A stretch of DNA of 64,000 bases from an uncultured Gemmatimonadaceae bacterium (GTDB lineage: Bacteria > Gemmatimonadota > Gemmatimonadetes > Gemmatimonadales > Gemmatimonadaceae): positions 448,001 through 512,000 of the forward strand of contig CAWGJO010000020.1 of assembly GCA_963822945.1 (NCBI GenBank). The letters run 5' to 3'. The translations under genes were made by a program, and so were the position numbers. Under the pieces are notes generated by a model. The model worked only from the letters and a program-made list of their open reading frames with translations. It made no database searches and was not told where the DNA came from. Shown piece by piece: positions 60,791-64,000 of this stretch; position 1 is the first letter of the stretch; the number at the start of each line of letters is the position of its first letter.

Positions 60791-62032
60791 ATGGGAACAC
60801 ATTCCCGCCCGCGTCGGCTGACGACCGCCGCGCTGACGGTCGTGCTCGCAGTGTTCGTTGCTGCATGCGCCCCCGCACATCCCAATTCGATCTTCACTCG
60901 CCACACCGACTTCAATCGGGATATCGGACACCTGTTCGACATCCTGATCGGGCTGGGGTCGTTCGTCTTCCTCTTCGTCGAGACGATTCTCGTCATCGCG
61001 CTCATCAAGTTCCGCAAGCGCGACGGCCAGCCCGCCCCGACCCAGACCCATGGGAACACCCGCCTCGAGATCCTGTGGACGGCGATTCCGGCGATCATCC
61101 TGGCGGTGATCGCCGTGCCCACGGTCCGGACGATCTTCAAGACCGAGGCGCCGGCGGCCAGCGATGCCCTGCAGGTGACCGTGACCGGCCACCAGTGGTG
61201 GTGGGAGTTCCAGTATCCGCAGTACGGGATCACCACGGCGAACGAGCTGTATCTGCCCATCGGGCGGACGGTGAACTTCACGCTCAAGACCGCGGACGTG
61301 ATCCACTCGTTCTGGATTCCCGAGTTGGGCGGCAAGCGCGACCTGGTGTCGAACCACACGAACTATCTGTGGTTCACCCCCGATTCGGTGGGCGACGACG
61401 TGTTCAACGGCTTCTGCGCCGAATTCTGCGGCACCTCGCACGCCAACATGCGGTTCAAGGTCTTCACGGTGAAGCCGGCGGAGTTCGCGGCGTGGGCCAA
61501 GCACGAGGCTGAGCCTGCCGTCGCGCTGGATACGACGGCCAAGCCCGCGCCCAAGGGCGCGGCGCCGAGCACGCAGGTGGCGCAGGCGGGACCGGCCACC
61601 GCGAGCTTCGTGAGCTATCCGCGCGCCGACATCCCCAAGTACGCCGTGCCCGAGACGCCACTTCCGGCCGGATTGACCTTCGACCAGTCGCTCACCGGCG
61701 ATCCGGTGGCGGGAGAGAAGCTGATCTCGGCCCCCACCAGCATGTGTCTGGCCTGTCATGCCATCAAGGGGAATCCGATGATGCAGGGCATCGTCGGCCC
61801 GAACCTGACGCACATCGCGTCGCGGTCCACGATCGCGGGCGGACTCTATCCGAACGACAGAGAGCACCTCGAGTACTGGATCAAGAACGCGCGGGTGATG
61901 AAGCCCGGCGTTGCGATGTATACGCTCGGCGCCGGACAGATCGACCCGATGACCGGCAAGCCCACCGATATCGGCAAACTGACCGATCAGCAGATCGCGG
62001 ACATCGTCGCGTATCTGCAGACCCTGAAGTAA
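60791..62032 (+). CDS. coxB: Cytochrome c oxidase subunit II with fused cytochrome c (caa3 type)
   Basis: Lipobox VAAC, GHQWWW, DVIHSFW, CAEFCGTSHANM CuA motif and CLACH haem c motif. Confidence 0.96.
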   Translation: MGTHSRPRRLTTAALTVVLAVFVAACAPAHPNSIFTRHTDFNRDIGHLFDILIGLGSFVFLFVETILVIALIKFRKRDGQPAPTQTHGNTRLEILWTAIPAIILAVIAVPTVRTIFKTEAPAASDALQVTVTGHQWWWEFQYPQYGITTANELYLPIGRTVNFTLKTADVIHSFWIPELGGKRDLVSNHTNYLWFTPDSVGDDVFNGFCAEFCGTSHANMRFKVFTVKPAEFAAWAKHEAEPAVALDTTAKPAPKGAAPSTQVAQAGPATASFVSYPRADIPKYAVPETPLPAGLTFDQSLTGDPVAGEKLISAPTSMCLACHAIKGNPMMQGIVGPNLTHIASRSTIAGGLYPNDREHLEYWIKNARVMKPGVAMYTLGAGQIDPMTGKPTDIGKLTDQQIADIVAYLQTLK

Positions 62033-62052
62033 CCGCCCGGAGACTCTGACGC

Positions 62053-63906
62053 ATGGCAACCACTGCTGCCGCTCCTCCCTACGTCTCGACACAGGAACCG
62101 TCCAACACGGGGATCTGGAGCTGGCTCACCACCGTTGACCACAAGCGCATCGGGGCTCTCTACCTCGTCACTGCGCTCTGCTTCTTCCTCATCGGCGGCC
62201 TCGAAGCCGAGATCATCCGCGCCCAGCTGGCGCATCCGAACGGCACGCTGGTGTCGGCCGATACGTACAACCAGCTGTTCACGATGCACGGCACGACGAT
62301 GATCTTCCTGGCGATCATGCCGCTGTCGGCCGCGTTCTTCAACTTTCTGATCCCCCTGCAGATCGGCGCCCGCGACGTTGCCTTCCCGCGCCTCAACGCC
62401 TTCAGCTACTGGGTGTTCCTGTTCGGCGGGTTGTTCATCAACTTCTCGTGGCTCCTGGGCGCAGCCCCCGACGGCGGATGGTTCGGCTACGCGCCGCTCA
62501 CCACGATGCAGTTCAACCCGGGCCTCAACATCGACTTCTGGGTGCTCGGCATTCAGATCCTCGGCGTCAGTTCGCTGGCCGCGGCGTTCAACTTCATCAC
62601 CACGATCATCAACATGCGGGCTCCCGGCATGCAGCTCATGCGCATGCCGATGTTCACGTGGATGGCGTTCATCGTGCAGTTCCTGCTCGTGCTCGCCTTC
62701 CCCGTGATCACCATCGCCCTGGTCTTCCTGCAGTTCGACCGGTTCTTCGGCACGCAGTTCTACGAGCTGGCCGCCGGCGCCGACCCCCTGCTCTGGCAGC
62801 ACCTGTTCTGGATCTTCGGGCATCCCGAGGTCTACATCCTCATCCTGCCGGCCTTCGGCCTCGTGTCCGAAGTGCTCCCCACCTTCTCCGGCAAGCCGCT
62901 GTTCGGGTATCCGGTGATGGTGTACTCCGGCATGCTCATCGCCTTCCTCGGCTTCGGCGTGTGGGCCCACCACATGTTCGCCGTCGGCATGGGCCCCATC
63001 GCCGACTCGGTGTTCGGCGTGACCACGCTGCTCATCGGCATCCCCACCGGCGTGAAGATCTTCAACTGGATCTTCACCATGTGGGGCGGCAACGTGCGGT
63101 TCACGGTGGCCTGCAAGTTCGCCATCGCGCTCATCGCGCTGTTCACCATCGGCGGCATCTCGGGCGTCATGCACGCCTCGCCGCCCGCCGACCTGCAGCA
63201 GACCGACAGCTACTTCGTCGTCGCCCACTTCCACTACGTGCTGTTCGGCGGGTCGATGATGGGCATCTTCGCCGGCATCTACTACTACTTCCCGAAGATC
63301 ACCGGGCGCTTGATGAGCGAGAAGCTCGGCAACTGGCACTTCTGGCTCACCTTCATCGGCATGAACCTGACGTTCTTCCCGATGCACTTCTCGGGCCTCG
63401 CCGGCATGCCGCGCCGCATCTACCGCTACGACGCCGGCCAGGGCTTCGACGTCTACAACCTGATCTCCTCCTACGGCGCCTACCTGCTGGGCTTCGCCAC
63501 GCTGATCTTCGTCTGGAACCTGCTTCGCAGCCGCAAGAAGGGCGCGATTGCCGGCCACAACCCGTGGAACGCCCCGTCCCTCGAGTGGTCGATCCCGTCG
63601 CCGCCGCCCGACTACAACTTCGCGCAGATCCCCACCGTGACCTCGCGATACCCGCTCTGGGACCACAAGGGCAAGGTGGTGGAGTTCCACGAAGGCGAGA
63701 AGATCAAGACGGCCAGGGAACTCGGCATCCCGATGCCGTTCCCCACCATCAAGCCGCTGTTCACCGCGCTGTTCCTCACCCTCATGTTCTCGGGACTGCT
63801 CTTCATCCACAAGAACAACTGGCCGATGGCGTACACGTTCATGTTCGGCGGCGCCGCCGGCATGGTCATCTCGCTCTACAGCTGGTTGCTCAGCCCGCTG
63901 GAATAG
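62053..63906 (+). CDS. coxA: Cytochrome c oxidase subunit I (type A1)
   Basis: DHKRIG, GHPEVY, WAHHM, AHFHY and GMPRR motifs. Confidence 0.97.
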   Translation: MATTAAAPPYVSTQEPSNTGIWSWLTTVDHKRIGALYLVTALCFFLIGGLEAEIIRAQLAHPNGTLVSADTYNQLFTMHGTTMIFLAIMPLSAAFFNFLIPLQIGARDVAFPRLNAFSYWVFLFGGLFINFSWLLGAAPDGGWFGYAPLTTMQFNPGLNIDFWVLGIQILGVSSLAAAFNFITTIINMRAPGMQLMRMPMFTWMAFIVQFLLVLAFPVITIALVFLQFDRFFGTQFYELAAGADPLLWQHLFWIFGHPEVYILILPAFGLVSEVLPTFSGKPLFGYPVMVYSGMLIAFLGFGVWAHHMFAVGMGPIADSVFGVTTLLIGIPTGVKIFNWIFTMWGGNVRFTVACKFAIALIALFTIGGISGVMHASPPADLQQTDSYFVVAHFHYVLFGGSMMGIFAGIYYYFPKITGRLMSEKLGNWHFWLTFIGMNLTFFPMHFSGLAGMPRRIYRYDAGQGFDVYNLISSYGAYLLGFATLIFVWNLLRSRKKGAIAGHNPWNAPSLEWSIPSPPPDYNFAQIPTVTSRYPLWDHKGKVVEFHEGEKIKTARELGIPMPFPTIKPLFTALFLTLMFSGLLFIHKNNWPMAYTFMFGGAAGMVISLYSWLLSPLE

Positions 63907-63987
63907 TCGACGCGCGAGCGCGGCACCCCGGCCGCGCTTCGCTCCCCGATCCTCCGTTCGCCGCACAACGCATCCACGGTTTTCTCA

Positions 63988-64000
63988 ATGGCCAATCCAG
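63988..64000 (+). CDS. Possible start of the next cox-operon gene (subunit III?), 3' partial
   Basis: ATG GCC AAT CCA at the window edge; identity inferred only from usual gene order. Confidence 0.3.

Overview
A GC-rich bacterial chromosomal segment of about 50 genes. Gene content (ADOP-type orphan permeases with PadR, a CarboxypepD_reg/plug-like protein, many secreted hydrolases) suggests Gemmatimonadota; this is inference, not a database result. No rRNA, tRNA, CRISPR, IS or prophage could be supported. Main blocks: (1) S9 peptidase and an imuA-imuB-dnaE2 mutagenesis cassette; (2) nitrilase, ChaN, YbhB, ester hydrolase, Rid and CMD genes; (3) a lipoprotein/kinase/sigma54-activator operon with a TPR lipoprotein target; (4) three ADOP permeases, a glycosyltransferase, a metalloprotease and iorAB; (5) two toxin-antitoxin pairs, pyrE, exbD, namZ, a ferritin-VIT1 protein, leuS and an MCP; (6) egtB-egtD-egtA coupled to an EgtUV-like ABC transporter, a cNMP-domain aspartase and a caa3 oxidase operon. 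Most notable: a repeat-bearing insertion that separates the ImuB C-terminus by one frame (possible slippage switch), a dispersed period-8 repeat family, a readable sigma54 enhancer/promoter, a shared ECF-type promoter on two permeases, a candidate direct-repeat SOS box, and an ergothioneine operon lacking egtC/egtE. Clustered indels (53400-54480, 59310-59580) look like sequencing errors, so every frameshift-based claim needs read-level checking.
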